From positions 2,272,001 through 2,336,000 of the forward strand of contig CBDFLJ010000002.1 in the NCBI GenBank assembly GCA_965248835.1: a DNA stretch of 64,000 bases. Direction: 5' to 3'. The translations under genes were made by a program, and so were the position numbers. Below are positions 31,013-42,473 of this stretch, one piece after another; the first letter of the stretch is position 1; each line of letters opens with the position of its first letter. The notes beneath the pieces were generated by a model that did no database searches, had not been told where the DNA came from, and saw nothing but the letters and a program-made list of their open reading frames with translations. The DNA comes from Alphaproteobacteria bacterium. Lineage in GTDB: Bacteria > Pseudomonadota > Alphaproteobacteria > MPNO01.

Positions 31013-32014
31013 ATGAAGAAATCCAATATCGTGGCGACCAAGGACCAGCTCCGCCGGATGTATGAGAACATGGTCAAGGCACGCTACTACGAGGATACCA
31101 TGGCGGCGATCTATATGGAGGGGAAGACTCCCGCGTTTGACATCGGCGCCGGCACCGTGCCTGGCGAGATGCATCTGGCGGCGGGCCAGGAGCCCTGCGC
31201 CGTGGGTGTGTGCGTACATCTGCGGCCGGACGATTCGGTCACCGCCACCCATCGACCGCACCATGTCGCCATCGCCAAGGGCGTCGACCTCAACCGCATG
31301 ACCGCGGAGATTTTCGGCAAAAAGGACGGCTTATCCGGCGGCCGCGGCGGCCACATGCATTTGTTCGATCCGGCGGTCAATTTCGGTTGCAGCGGCATCA
31401 TCGGTGAAAGCGCCGGCGTCGCTGCCGGCGCCGCCATGGCAAGAAAGATGCAGGGCACCGACGGCGTCGCAATATCCTATATGGGCGAAGGGGTGACGAA
31501 CCAGGGAGCGTTTCACGAGGCCGTCAATCTCGCCGCTGTTTGGAAGCTGCCCGTGCTTTTTGTGGTCGAGGACAACGGCTACGCCATCTCGGTGACCAAG
31601 GACGCATCTACTGCGGTCAAGCGCAACAGCGACAGGGCCGCCGCCTACGGCATCCCCGGCGAGTATATCGAGAACAACGACACCATGGCGGTGTTTCGGG
31701 CGGCCGGGGAGGGAATCGCGCGGGCTCGGGCCGGCGAAGGACCGATGTTGATTGAGATCGAGACCTATCGCTATTACGGCCATTTCCAGGGCGACGCCGA
31801 GGCCTACCGCCCGGCAGGCGAAGTCGAAGAACTCAAGGGCAAGGATCCGATCGACATTTTCCGCGCCTACATCACGGGCGACGGCGGAGTCGGCGAGCAG
31901 GAAGCCGACGGTCTCGCGGACAAGGCGCACAAGGAGGTCGACGCGGCAATCGAATTTGCCCGCAACAGTCCTTACCCGGAACCCGAGGAAGCGCTCGAGA
32001 AAGTGTTCGTTTAG
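31013..32014 (+). CDS. ThDP-dependent 2-oxoacid/acetoin dehydrogenase E1 alpha subunit
   Basis: MHLAAGQE, THRPHH, GEGVTNQG ThDP motif, TYRYYGH; RBS AAGGAGG. Confidence 0.93.
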   Translation: MKKSNIVATKDQLRRMYENMVKARYYEDTMAAIYMEGKTPAFDIGAGTVPGEMHLAAGQEPCAVGVCVHLRPDDSVTATHRPHHVAIAKGVDLNRMTAEIFGKKDGLSGGRGGHMHLFDPAVNFGCSGIIGESAGVAAGAAMARKMQGTDGVAISYMGEGVTNQGAFHEAVNLAAVWKLPVLFVVEDNGYAISVTKDASTAVKRNSDRAAAYGIPGEYIENNDTMAVFRAAGEGIARARAGEGPMLIEIETYRYYGHFQGDAEAYRPAGEVEELKGKDPIDIFRAYITGDGGVGEQEADGLADKAHKEVDAAIEFARNSPYPEPEEALEKVFV

Positions 32015-32173
32015 TCGGCCTGGCGTCCCGCGCGCGATCACAGAGCGCTGACGACAGGAATATCGGGCCAAACGAACAGACACGGCACAAATTACCCCGA
32101 CAGGCGTGCCGCGGAAATCGCGGCCCGTCGGCCGCCACGGGGGCAGGACGGGGATAGAGGGAGGAAATCGATC

Positions 32174-33187
<1,014 letters not shown>

Positions 33188-33199
33188 GGCGGGCCGGCG

Positions 33200-33436
33200 A
33201 TGACGGAGGTGCGCGTCCCCGAGGACATGTGGGACGCCACCAAGACGCCCGAGGCGGTGATCGTCAACTGGTACTACCGGGATCGCGCGACGGTCAAGGC
33301 GGGGGTGCCGCTGGTCGAGATCATGGTCGAGAAGACGCAGCTTGAAATCGTTTCGCCGGCAGCCGGCGTGCTGTCCATCCTCGCCCCACCGGAGACGGTG
33401 GTTACGCCGGGAACGGTCATCGCCCAGATCGGCTGA
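33200..33436 (+). CDS. Stand-alone lipoyl domain protein
   Basis: 78 aa; LVEIMVEKTQLEIVSPAAGVL lipoyl-lysine motif. Confidence 0.87.
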   Translation: MTEVRVPEDMWDATKTPEAVIVNWYYRDRATVKAGVPLVEIMVEKTQLEIVSPAAGVLSILAPPETVVTPGTVIAQIG

Positions 33437-33437
33437 C

Positions 33438-34358
33438 ATGGACGGCGCGGCCACGAGGTTGTCGGCCCGACCGGTTGCGGCGGACGGAGACAGGGTCTTC
33501 TCCGCTTTCCCCCGCTGGCATTTCTGGGACGACCGCGCCGGCGGCGATCCCGAGGCCCGGCTAGGGCGCGACGCGGCGCTTGGCGAGGCAGTGGCACGAG
33601 CCGACTCACTGCCTACCTTCCGCCTTTGGCAGAACCAGCGCGCCCTGGTGGTAAGCCGGCGGGAGAGCCGCCTGCAACGGTTCGAGGCGGCCTCGCTGAG
33701 GCTCGCGCAGGAGGGCTGGCCAGTGCTGGTGCGCGACAGCGGCGGCGGTGCGGTGCCGCATGGCGAAGGAATACTCCACCTTTCGCTTGTGCTCCCCCGA
33801 AGCGACGCCCCGGCGTTCTCGATCGAGGCGCTTTACCGGGCGCTGTGCAAGCCGCTCCGAATTGCCCTGGGCGGCCTGGGTATCGAAACCGACCTCGGCG
33901 CGGTGCCTGGCGCTTTCTGCGATGGCCGCTTCAACCTCATCCATCGGGGCCGCAAGCTGGCCGGCACCGCGCAGCGGTGGCGGGGAGGACCGGCCGGGAC
34001 CGGCGTCATCGGGGGCTATGCCCTGGCTCACGCCCTCCTGGTCGTAGACCATGATCTCTCGGCGGCGAACGCCGCGCTCAACCGTTTCTATGCGCTTGTC
34101 GGGAGCGACCAGCGTGTCGATCCGCGCGCTTCGACCACCGTGCGCGCCTGTTTATGCGCCGGCGGGCGTCCCGTCGACCTGCCCCCCGGGAAGAGACTTA
34201 CCGATACCGTTCGCGCTGGCGTCGCCGCTGCAACAAAATTGATACTGGAGGGGCGGGAAGAAGGGTCCGATCGCGTCGATATGAGGCCGTGTCCCACAGC
34301 GTGGTGTGAGCCCTTAATTCATGATTTTCGGTACTGTGACGGTATCGTAGGATCGTAG
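33438..34358 (+). CDS. Lipoate-protein ligase/lipoyl transferase (BPL_LplA_LipB family)
   Basis: VRDSGGGAVP, FCDGRFNL, GRKLAGTAQ; the 3' end runs into the duplicated mob module and may be non-native. Confidence 0.82.
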   Translation: MDGAATRLSARPVAADGDRVFSAFPRWHFWDDRAGGDPEARLGRDAALGEAVARADSLPTFRLWQNQRALVVSRRESRLQRFEAASLRLAQEGWPVLVRDSGGGAVPHGEGILHLSLVLPRSDAPAFSIEALYRALCKPLRIALGGLGIETDLGAVPGAFCDGRFNLIHRGRKLAGTAQRWRGGPAGTGVIGGYALAHALLVVDHDLSAANAALNRFYALVGSDQRVDPRASTTVRACLCAGGRPVDLPPGKRLTDTVRAGVAAATKLILEGREEGSDRVDMRPCPTAWCEPLIHDFRYCDGIVGS

Positions 34359-34661
34359 TGTCTCCCTGTATCACCGTGGTACTACAATGGCTTAGGGTCC
34401 CTGTCAATAGAGGATGGGACCGATTTGAATAACACAGATGTGGATCCTATGTCGCTGCATAGTTGCATTCAGGGAAGTGGGGAATGGAATTCGCCTTGGA
34501 ACATCCGTATGATCCTGATGGGCGAACAGGTGGGCCCTGTGAGCAACACAGAACCGGCACAATAGGTTCGTTTCTGTGAGGATTATCATAGGAATATGGA
34601 TGGCCATGCTTCCGAGATCGGGATCCAGTGTGTCGCAGCCCCTGCAAACCGTTTCGGGCGG

Positions 34662-35033
34662 ATGGCGACGATGAAGGAGGATGCCAGCGGGCGCCGCCAG
34701 CGCGCGGTGATGGCGACCGATGCGGAGTGGGAACGGATCGGCCGGGCGGCCGCGGCGAGCGGCATGGATCTGTCGCGCTTCGTGATCCATCGTGCGCTGG
34801 ATCGGGACCCTCTGCCGCCGGAGGTTCTGCGCCGGGCGGTGCGCGAGATGCTGGTGCTGTCCAGGCTGGAGGAGAGGCGGCTGCGCGAGGCCGGCGCCGG
34901 AGAGGCCTGGGAGGACGCCTGCGACGCGGTGGACGAATGGATCGACCGGGAGGGCATGCTGGACCGGCTGACCGATCCCGGCGCGGCGAACCGCTGGAAG
35001 GCGGCGGGGCCGGATGGGGAAGCCGGGCCGTGA
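34662..35033 (+). CDS. RHH/MobC-like protein 1 (copy A)
   Basis: RAVMATDAEWERIGRAAAASGMDLSRFVIHRAL strand-helix-G-helix pattern. Confidence 0.7.
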   Translation: MATMKEDASGRRQRAVMATDAEWERIGRAAAASGMDLSRFVIHRALDRDPLPPEVLRRAVREMLVLSRLEERRLREAGAGEAWEDACDAVDEWIDREGMLDRLTDPGAANRWKAAGPDGEAGP

Positions 35034-35341
35034 CGGAGGAGGCGGGACGGCCCGGCAGGCGGCAGCGGAGCCTGCACTGCAACCCGGCGGAGCAAGCGAT
35101 GATCCGGGGGCGTGCGGCGGCGGCGGGGAAGACCGTGTCGCGCCATGTGCTGGCGCTTGCGCTCGCCGACGATCCGGACCGTCATCCCCTGGTGCTGAGG
35201 GAACAGGAACAGGCGGCGTTGCGGGACGGGGTCCGCGAGGTGCAGGCATTCGTGCAGGCTCTCCGGCGCGAGCTTCCGGGCGGCAGCGGGCTGAGCCTGC
35301 TGAGCGCGATCTCGGTCCTTGCACGGGAGCGGGCGGCATGA
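35030..35341 (+). CDS. RHH/MobC-like protein 2 (copy A)
   Basis: RSLHCNPAEQAMIRGRAAAAGKTVSRHVLALAL; GTGA coupling to the previous gene. Confidence 0.68.
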   Translation: MTEEAGRPGRRQRSLHCNPAEQAMIRGRAAAAGKTVSRHVLALALADDPDRHPLVLREQEQAALRDGVREVQAFVQALRRELPGGSGLSLLSAISVLARERAA

Positions 35342-35826
35342 GACGAGCGCGGCGCGGCCGGAAGGCGAGCAAGCACATCTCGATCTCGGCGACGGACGCG
35401 GAATGGGAGACCGTTCGCCGCAACGCGGACCGGCGCGGTCTGTCGATCGCGCGCTACCTGGTGGGACTGGTGGAACGAGACGGTCCGGAAGAGGACGCGG
35501 GTCCAGCGCTGGCGCTCGCTGCGGACGAGCAGCGGGAGCTGCTGGAGGCGGTTCGGGAGGTTCGCGCGCTGATGCTGGAGGGGGAAGAAGCGGTTCCCCT
35601 GGTGCGCGACATGCAGGAGCGGATCGCGGTGCGGTTCGCCGCCTGGGCGTCTGCGATGGCCGGGTCGGGCCGCTCGGAAGAGCTGCGTGCGGCGCTCGCC
35701 TCGGTGCTGGGCGAGGACCGGGCCCGCATCGCCGCGGCCTCGGTCGTGCCCTCGGCCGCGAAGCGGGCGGACGTTCCGCAGGCCGGCGAAGGGAAGATGG
35801 ACACCCGCCAGGAACGGCTGTTGTGA
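35338..35826 (+). CDS. RHH/MobC-like protein 3 (copy A)
   Basis: HISISATDAEWETVRRNADRRGLSIARYLV; ATGA coupling. Confidence 0.7.
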   Translation: MRRARRGRKASKHISISATDAEWETVRRNADRRGLSIARYLVGLVERDGPEEDAGPALALAADEQRELLEAVREVRALMLEGEEAVPLVRDMQERIAVRFAAWASAMAGSGRSEELRAALASVLGEDRARIAAASVVPSAAKRADVPQAGEGKMDTRQERLL

Positions 35827-35895
35827 GGCGGGCGCCATCTCTGCCGCCGACCTCCATGAATTGCAAGAGGTCGTCCACACGAGGGGAGGGGTAGC

Positions 35896-36585
35896 GTGAC
35901 TGCGGAGCGCGACGGCAAGAGTAGACGGACAGCGCAGCCGGACCTCCTGGCGAGCCTGCCGGAGGAGCGGCCGGCGCCCGGTATCGATCCGGCCGCGTTC
36001 GAGGAACTGCGGACCGCGGTGCAGGACATCGGGGAGCAATTGGCCGGGCTGAGGGAAGCGGCGTCCGCCGAACGGCAGGCGCGGGTGAGGCCGGAGGCGC
36101 TTGAGGCCTGGGGCGACCAACTCGTGACCCGGGTCGTCGAGGCTGGGCGGACAGCGGACGCGCCGGCGGCCGACGCGGCGGCCGCTGTAGCATTCCATAC
36201 CGGAAGGATCGAGGAAGCGGCGGCGAAGGCGGCGGCGGCAGAGCGCATCGATGGGGGGCTGGAAAGCACCGCGGACCGGTTCGCGGCCGCGGTCAAGGGG
36301 ATGGAGGAACGGCTTGCGGCAGACCGTTCGACGATCCGCGCGACCGCGGCGGGGATCGAGAGCGCCGTAACCAGGATCGAGACGGGACTCGGGAAGATGC
36401 GCGACGACACCAGCCGGGCGTCCGGTCGGGCCGATCGGAATCTCGAAGATATCCGGACACGCATGGCCGGGCTGCGGTTCGGCTGGCGGGCGTTTCTTGC
36501 GCCCTGGATCGTCTTCGTATTCATCCTGGGCATGGCGTTCGAGAGCCGTACACTTCTCCTCTACCGATGGCTGTGGGCCAGTTGA
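35896..36585 (+). CDS. Ala/Glu-rich coiled-coil protein with C-terminal TM helix (mobilisation accessory)
   Basis: Helical composition, FLAPWIVFVFILGMAF anchor, directly upstream of the relaxase; frame kept in both copies despite in-frame indels. Confidence 0.65.
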   Translation: MTAERDGKSRRTAQPDLLASLPEERPAPGIDPAAFEELRTAVQDIGEQLAGLREAASAERQARVRPEALEAWGDQLVTRVVEAGRTADAPAADAAAAVAFHTGRIEEAAAKAAAAERIDGGLESTADRFAAAVKGMEERLAADRSTIRATAAGIESAVTRIETGLGKMRDDTSRASGRADRNLEDIRTRMAGLRFGWRAFLAPWIVFVFILGMAFESRTLLLYRWLWAS

Positions 36586-36651
36586 GCCGGCGGCGTTCCC
36601 CGTCTCGGCCTCTGCGGCGCACCGGCGCGGCCGTCGGCGAGGCCTGACCCG

Positions 36652-38120
36652 ATGGTCGCGACGGTCGTGGAGCTTCGTTCGTCCGCCGTGGCGGTGTTCT
36701 ATTACGAGCGCGACGGCTACTACGCCAGGAACGACCCTGAGCACCGCCAGGCGAGCTTCTGGCACGGTGATGCGGCGAAGGCGCTGGGGCTCAGGGCCCA
36801 TGTGCGTCCATCGCGCTTCGCATCGGTGCTGTCGGGCTACGTGCCCGGGACGGATCTCCGTCTCGGTCGGATGCGCGAGGGGCAGCACGACCACCGGCCC
36901 GGCTGGGACATCACCTTCTCGGCACCGAAGTCGGTGTCGCTGGAGGCGCTGGTGATGGGCGACCGGCGCGTGATCCGGGCTCATGACGAGGCGGTGCGCG
37001 CGACGCTCGACTGGGTGGAGGCGGAGCTTCTGGAGACCCGGGGCTGGGACCCGGCGACCCGCCGCCGTCCCCGGGTGAAGGCGAAGGGCATGGTGGTGGC
37101 GGGGTTCCGACATCTCGCGAGCCGCGACCAGGACCCGCAGCTGCACACCCATTGCGTGCTGGCCAACATGACGCGCACTGCCTCGGGGGGATGGCGGAGC
37201 GTGGAGCCGACGAAGATCCGTCGCCGCGAGAAGCTGATCGGCGCGTATTACCGGAACGAGCTCGCGCGGCGTCTTCAGGCGCTCGGCATGGCTGTCTCGC
37301 CGACCCTTGTGGGCAGGGTCCCGGGGTTCGAGCTTGCGGGCTACGAGCGCTCCTTCCTGGACGCGTTCTCGGGCCGGCGCCGCGAGATCCTCGCGCATCT
37401 GGAGCGTCTGGGGCTGCCCTACACGGCGGCGCATGCGCAGATGGCGGCGCTGCACACGCGCCGGCGCAAGGAGGACAGGACTCTCGCGGACCTCGTGCCG
37501 CAACGGCGAGACGATCGCGCGGGCGGAGGCGCTCTCCGGGCAGGCGGAGCTGCCGGCGCGCACGCAGGAGCTTGTCGCTACGTGGCTCGAATATCATGCC
37601 AGGTGCGAACCGATCTGCCAGCAGATCCGGGACTGGCCCGCGCGGGTGGACGCACTGACGGCAGACTACCCCGAACCTCCCGCGAGGCTCGACTCCCTGA
37701 GGCACTGGCGGCAGCGGGCGGAGCCCCTGCTTGCCGAGGCCCGCGCGATGCTGGTGAAGGACGGCCCTCACGCGCGTCATCTGGACGCCATGCCGGGCGA
37801 ACGCGAGGCGCTGGCGGAGGGAACAAGCCGCCTCGACCGGGCGCTGCTTGCGGTCGAGGCGAGGGAGATGATCCTGCTGTCTGCGGTCGTGCAACGGTCG
37901 GCGGAGGAGACGGGTGGGATCGCCTTCGACGCGAGCGGCTATTCCGGGCTGATGGACCGGGCGCGCGCGCTCGATGCCAGGACCCATCTGCCGGAGGGTC
38001 CGCGCAACACGGTCCAGGACATTCTTGCCAGGGACGCACGCTGGGCGCGGGACCGGGACCGGGTCGGCGCATTCCTCGAGCGGGCCGCGGAGGTCGGGCG
38101 TGCGCGGAACGTTCGGACCG
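36652..38120 (+). pseudogene. MOBF (TrwC-type) relaxase copy A; relaxase domain joined out of frame to a distal coding segment
   Basis: FYYERDGYYA tyrosines, DITFSAPKSVS, HLASRDQDPQLHTH; homology to copy B stops at 37500; 37501-38120 is open in another frame (ETIARAEALSGQ...). Confidence 0.8.
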
Positions 38121-38121
38121 A

Positions 38122-39701
38122 GCCTGTATCCTCTGCTCCCCGAGAAGTTCCTTCACCTCGCGCAGCATGGTCGTCTTGCCGCTGCCGGCATGGCCCTGCA
38201 CGCCGATCACGAGGTCGTCCGACAGCAGCACCGTGCGGACCGCCCCCCTCTGGCCCCGGGTGAGACGCGACGCCCCGAGCCGCACCTCGACGGCATCTGC
38301 GCCGGCCAGCGCCAATCCCTTGCCGCGCCCCGCTCGCATCGACGCCAGCACGCTGCGCTCCGCGCGCACCGCCCGGTCGGTGACGAAGGCCCGGTCCATC
38401 CCCCGGCGTTCCGCCTCGATGAGCTCGCCGCCGCGCACAAGCCGTGCGATCGCCGCGTCGACCTCGGCCAGCGTGTAGCGCCCCGGTGCATGGCCCAGCG
38501 CCACCGCCCGGATCTCGGCCTCCGGGATCGCCGTGCGCCTCTCCGCAACATGCGCCACCGCCCGCGCCACCGCCTCAAGAACGCCCAGCTCCGGCTCCGG
38601 CGACAACGCCGCCGGCGCCCGAGAGCGAGAGCGCGTGGGGGGCGTTCCCGCCCATTCGGCAACGCCATCGCGGGGCAGCCTCGGCAGCGCCGGCGCGCGC
38701 TTGAGACCGCGGACCTCGTTGGGCGGCATGTCCGGCGCGGGCACGCGCGGCGATCTCACCCGCTCGCCGGTCAGCGGGTCGAGGGGCCGGGACGGCGTGA
38801 GAACCATTCTCTCCCGGACCGGCCCGAGCGCCCGTGCCCGCGCGCGCCATTCCGGCACGAGGTCCGCGAGAGTCCTGTCCTCCTTGCGCCGGCGCGTGTG
38901 CAGCGCCGCCATCTGCGCATGCGCCGCCGTGTAGGGCAGCCCCAGACGCTCCAGATGCGCGAGGATCTCGCGGCGCCGGCCCGAGAACGCGTCCAGGAAG
39001 GAGCGCTCGTAGCCCGCAAGCTCGAACCCCGGGACCCTGCCCACAAGGGTCGGCGAGACAGCCATGCCGAGCGCCTGAAGACGCCGCGCGAGCTCGTTCC
39101 GGTAATACGCGCCGATCAGCTTCTCGCTGCGACGGATCTTCGTCGGCTCCACGCTCCGCCATCCCCCCGAGGCAGTGCGCGTCATGTTGGCCAGCACGCA
39201 ATGGGTGTGCAGCTGCGGGTCCTGGTCGCGGCTCGCGAGATGTCGGAACCCCGCCACCACCATGCCCTTCGCCTTCACCCGGGGACGGCGGCGGGTCGCC
39301 GGGTCCCAGCCCCGGGTCTCCACAAGCTCCGCCTCCACCCAGTCGAGCGTCGCGCGCACCGCCTCGTCATGAGCCCGGATCACGCGGCGGTCGCCCATCA
39401 CCAGCGCCTCCAGCGACACCGACTTCGGTGCCGAGAAGGTGATGTCCCAGCCGGGCCGGTGGTCGTGCTGCCCCTCGCGCATCCGACCGAGACGGAGATC
39501 CGTCCCGGGCACGTAGCCCGACAGCACCGATGCGAAGCGCGATGGATGCACATGGGCCCTGAGCCCCAGCGCCTTCGCCGCATCACCGTGCCAGAAGCTC
39601 GCCTGGCGGTGCTCAGGGTCGTTCCTGGCGTAGTAGCCGTCGCGCTCGTAATAGAACACCGCCACGGCGGACGAACGAAGCTCCACGACCGTCGCGACCA
39701 T
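38122..39701 (-). pseudogene. MOBF (TrwC-type) relaxase-helicase copy B, truncated just after Walker A
   Basis: Same HUH motifs plus LTRGQRGAV and VQGHAGSGKTT; helicase similarity is lost after ...GEQRIQ. Confidence 0.85.
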
Positions 39702-39767
39702 CGGGTCAGGCCTCGCCGACGGCCGCGCCGGTGCGCCGCAGAGGCCGAGACGGGGAACGCCGCCGGC

Positions 39768-40442
39768 TCAACTGGCCCACAGCCATCGGTAGAGGAGAAG
39801 TGTACGGCTCTCGAACGCCATGCCCAGGATGAATACGAAGACGATCCAGGGCGCAAGAACCGCCCGCCAGCCGAACCGCAGCCCGGCCATGCGTGTCCGG
39901 ATGTCTTCGAGATACCGATCGGCCCGACCGGACTCCCGGCTGGTGTCGTCGCGCATCGTCCCGAGTCCCGTCTCGATCCTGGTTACGGCGCTCTCGATCC
40001 CCGCCGCGGTCGCGCGGATCGTCGAACGGTCTTCCGCAAGCCGTTCCTCCATCCCCTTGACCTCGGCCGCGAACCGGTCCGCGGTGCTTTCCAGCCCCCC
40101 ATCGATGCGCTCTGCCGCCGCCGCCGCCTTCGCCGCCGCTTCCTCGATCCTTCCGGTATGGAATGCTACAGCGGCCGCCGCGTCGTCCGCCGGCGCGTCC
40201 GCTGTCCGCCCAGCCTCGACGACCCGGGTCACGAGTTGGTCGCCCCAGGCCTCAAGCGCCTGCCGTTCGCCGGACGCCGCTTCCCTCAGCCCGGCCAATC
40301 GCTCCCCGATGTCCTGCACCGCGGTCCGCAGTTCCTCGAACGCGGCCGGATCGATACCGGGCGCCGGCCGCTCCTCCGGCAGGCTCGCCAGGAGGTCCGG
40401 CTGGGCTGTGTGTCTACTCTTGCCGTCGCGCTCCGCAGTCAC
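39768..40442 (-). CDS. Coiled-coil/TM mobilisation accessory protein (copy B)
   Basis: Paralog of 35896-36585. Confidence 0.65.
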   Translation of the reverse strand: MTAERDGKSRHTAQPDLLASLPEERPAPGIDPAAFEELRTAVQDIGERLAGLREAASGERQALEAWGDQLVTRVVEAGRTADAPADDAAAAVAFHTGRIEEAAAKAAAAAERIDGGLESTADRFAAEVKGMEERLAEDRSTIRATAAGIESAVTRIETGLGTMRDDTSRESGRADRYLEDIRTRMAGLRFGWRAVLAPWIVFVFILGMAFESRTLLLYRWLWAS

Positions 40443-40511
40443 GCTACCCCTCCCCTCGTGTGGACGACCTCGTGCAATTCATGGAGGTCGGCGGCGGAGA
40501 TGGCGCCCGCC

Positions 40512-41000
40512 TTACAACAGCCGGTCCTGGCGGGTGTCCATCTTCCCCTCGCCGGCCTGCGGAACGTCCGCCCGCTTCGCGGCCGAGGGCACGACCGAGG
40601 CCGCGGCGATGCGGGCCCGGTCCTCGCCCAGCACCGAGGCGAGCGCCGCACGCAGCTCTTCCGAGCGGCCCGACCCGGCCATCGCAGACGCCCAGGCGGC
40701 GAACTGCACCGCGATCCGCTCCTGCATGTCGCGTACCAGGGGAACCGCTTCTTCCCCCTCCAGCATCAGCGCGCGAACCTCCCGAACCGCCTCCAGCAGC
40801 TCCCGCTGCTCGTCCGCAGCGAGCGCCAGCGCTGGACCCGCGTCCTCTTCCGGACCGTCTTGTTCCACCAGCCCCACCAGGTAGCGCGCGATCGACAGAC
40901 CGCGCCGGTCCGCGTTGCGGCGAACGGTCTCCCATTCCGCGTCCGTCGCCGAGATCGAGATGTGCTTGCTCGCCTTCCGGCCGCGCCGCGCTCGTCTCAT
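40512..41000 (-). CDS. RHH/MobC-like protein 3 (copy B)
   Basis: Paralog of 35338-35826. Confidence 0.7.
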   Translation of the reverse strand: MRRARRGRKASKHISISATDAEWETVRRNADRRGLSIARYLVGLVEQDGPEEDAGPALALAADEQRELLEAVREVRALMLEGEEAVPLVRDMQERIAVQFAAWASAMAGSGRSEELRAALASVLGEDRARIAAASVVPSAAKRADVPQAGEGKMDTRQDRLL

Positions 41001-41308
41001 GCCGCCCGCTCCCGTGCAAGGACCGAGATCGCGCTCAGCAGGCTCAGCCCGCTGCCGCCCGGAAGCTCGCGCCGGAGAGCCTGCACGAATGCCTGCACCT
41101 CGCGGACCCCGTCCCGCAACGCCGCCTGTTCCTGTTCCCTCAGCACCAGGGGATGACGGTCCGGATCGTCGGCGAGCGCAAGCGCCAGCACATGGCGCGA
41201 CACGGTCTTCCCCGCCGCCGCCGCACGCCCCCGGATCATCGCTTGCTCCGCCGGGTTGCAGTGCAGGCTCCGCTGCCGCCTGCCGGGCCGTCCCGCCTCC
41301 TCCGTCAC
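40997..41308 (-). CDS. RHH/MobC-like protein 2 (copy B)
   Basis: Paralog of 35030-35341. Confidence 0.68.
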   Translation of the reverse strand: MTEEAGRPGRRQRSLHCNPAEQAMIRGRAAAAGKTVSRHVLALALADDPDRHPLVLREQEQAALRDGVREVQAFVQALRRELPGGSGLSLLSAISVLARERAA

Positions 41309-41676
41309 GGCCCGGCTTCCCCATCCGGCCCCGCCGCCTTCCAGCGGTTCGCCGCGCCGGGATCGGTCAGCCGGTCCAGCATGCCCTCCCGGTCGATCCA
41401 TTCGTCCACCGCGTCGCAGGCGTTCTCCCACGCCTCTCCGGCGCCGGCCTCGCGCAGCCGCCTCTCCTCCAGCCTGGACAGCACCAGCAGCTCGCGCACC
41501 GCCCGGCGCAGAACCTCCGGCGGCAGAGGGTCCCGATCCAGCGCACGATGGATCACGAAGCGCGACAGATCCATGCCGCTCGCCGTTGCCGCCCGGCCGA
41601 TCCGTTCCCACTCCGCATCGGTCGCCATCACCGCGCGCTGGCGGCGCCCGCTGGCATCCTCCTTCATCGTCGCCAT
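41305..41676 (-). CDS. RHH/MobC-like protein 1 (copy B)
   Basis: Paralog of 34662-35033. Confidence 0.7.
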   Translation of the reverse strand: MATMKEDASGRRQRAVMATDAEWERIGRAATASGMDLSRFVIHRALDRDPLPPEVLRRAVRELLVLSRLEERRLREAGAGEAWENACDAVDEWIDREGMLDRLTDPGAANRWKAAGPDGEAGP

Positions 41677-42146
41677 CCGCCCGAAACGGATTGCAGCAGT
41701 TGCGACACACCGGATCCCGAGTTCGGAGATATATCCATCGATATTCCTATGATAATCCTCACAGAGACGAACGTATTGTGCCGGTTCTGTGTTGCTCACA
41801 GGGCCAACCTGTTCCTCCATCAGGATCATACGGATGTTCCAGGGAGAATTCCATATCCCACTTCCCCGAATGCAATTCCTTAGCGACACAGGATCCACAT
41901 CTGTGTTATTCAAATCGGCCCCTGTCCTCTATTGACAGGGACCCTAAGCCATTGTAGTACCACAGTGATACAGGGAGACACTACGACCCTACAGCACCAT
42001 CCCAGTACCGAAAATCGTGAATTTAGGGCTCACACCACGCCGGGGAACACAACCGGCCGCGTGAGCGCGACCCGGGCATTGCCCCCCCTTCAACACCCTC
42101 GATCTGATGGGTTATTCTTCTTAGCGTTCGCGTTATGGTTGATTTG

Positions 42147-42473
42147 ATGGGAGGATTCGAAGTGGAGACGAGAGCCATCCGGTTTACGCCGGCCTACCGG
42201 CGAGCTTTTTTTGACTCGTGCTGGCGACCCGCGCGTTCGATCGGAGTGACCTGGGGCGGCCTCATTATTGGTATGCTGCGGCAGCGACACAATCGGTACG
42301 GCTGGGAGGCGGACCGGACCCAGCAAGCCAATCTCGACTACGCGACCGGGAACTACTGGGAACGGCTCGAGGACGCCCAAGCAGCTATATTGCGGGCTGC
42401 TGAAGCCTCGGCGCGAGCCCGGACAAACTCCGAAACGCCTGCGAAACGCTCGGCCCTACGCTACGCGGCATAG
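42147..42473 (+). CDS. Hypothetical protein
   Basis: Open frame with plausible composition; no recognised motif. Confidence 0.35.
   Translation: MGGFEVETRAIRFTPAYRRAFFDSCWRPARSIGVTWGGLIIGMLRQRHNRYGWEADRTQQANLDYATGNYWERLEDAQAAILRAAEASARARTNSETPAKRSALRYAA

Larger units (their letters stand above)
34299..37500 (+). repeat. Mobilisation module copy A (inverted duplicate of 38853-42040)
   Basis: Continuous high similarity from gcgtggtgtgagccc to gacctcgtgccg; the non-coding part is more diverged than the genes. Confidence 0.92.
38853..42040 (-). repeat. Mobilisation module copy B
   Basis: Reverse-complement match to 34299-37500. Confidence 0.92.

Noticed and set aside
37974-41156. 1060-aa plus-strand ORF (also 35182..37563 on the minus strand)
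   Set aside because: Antisense shadows of the GC-rich mob genes; Arg/Pro-rich with no motifs
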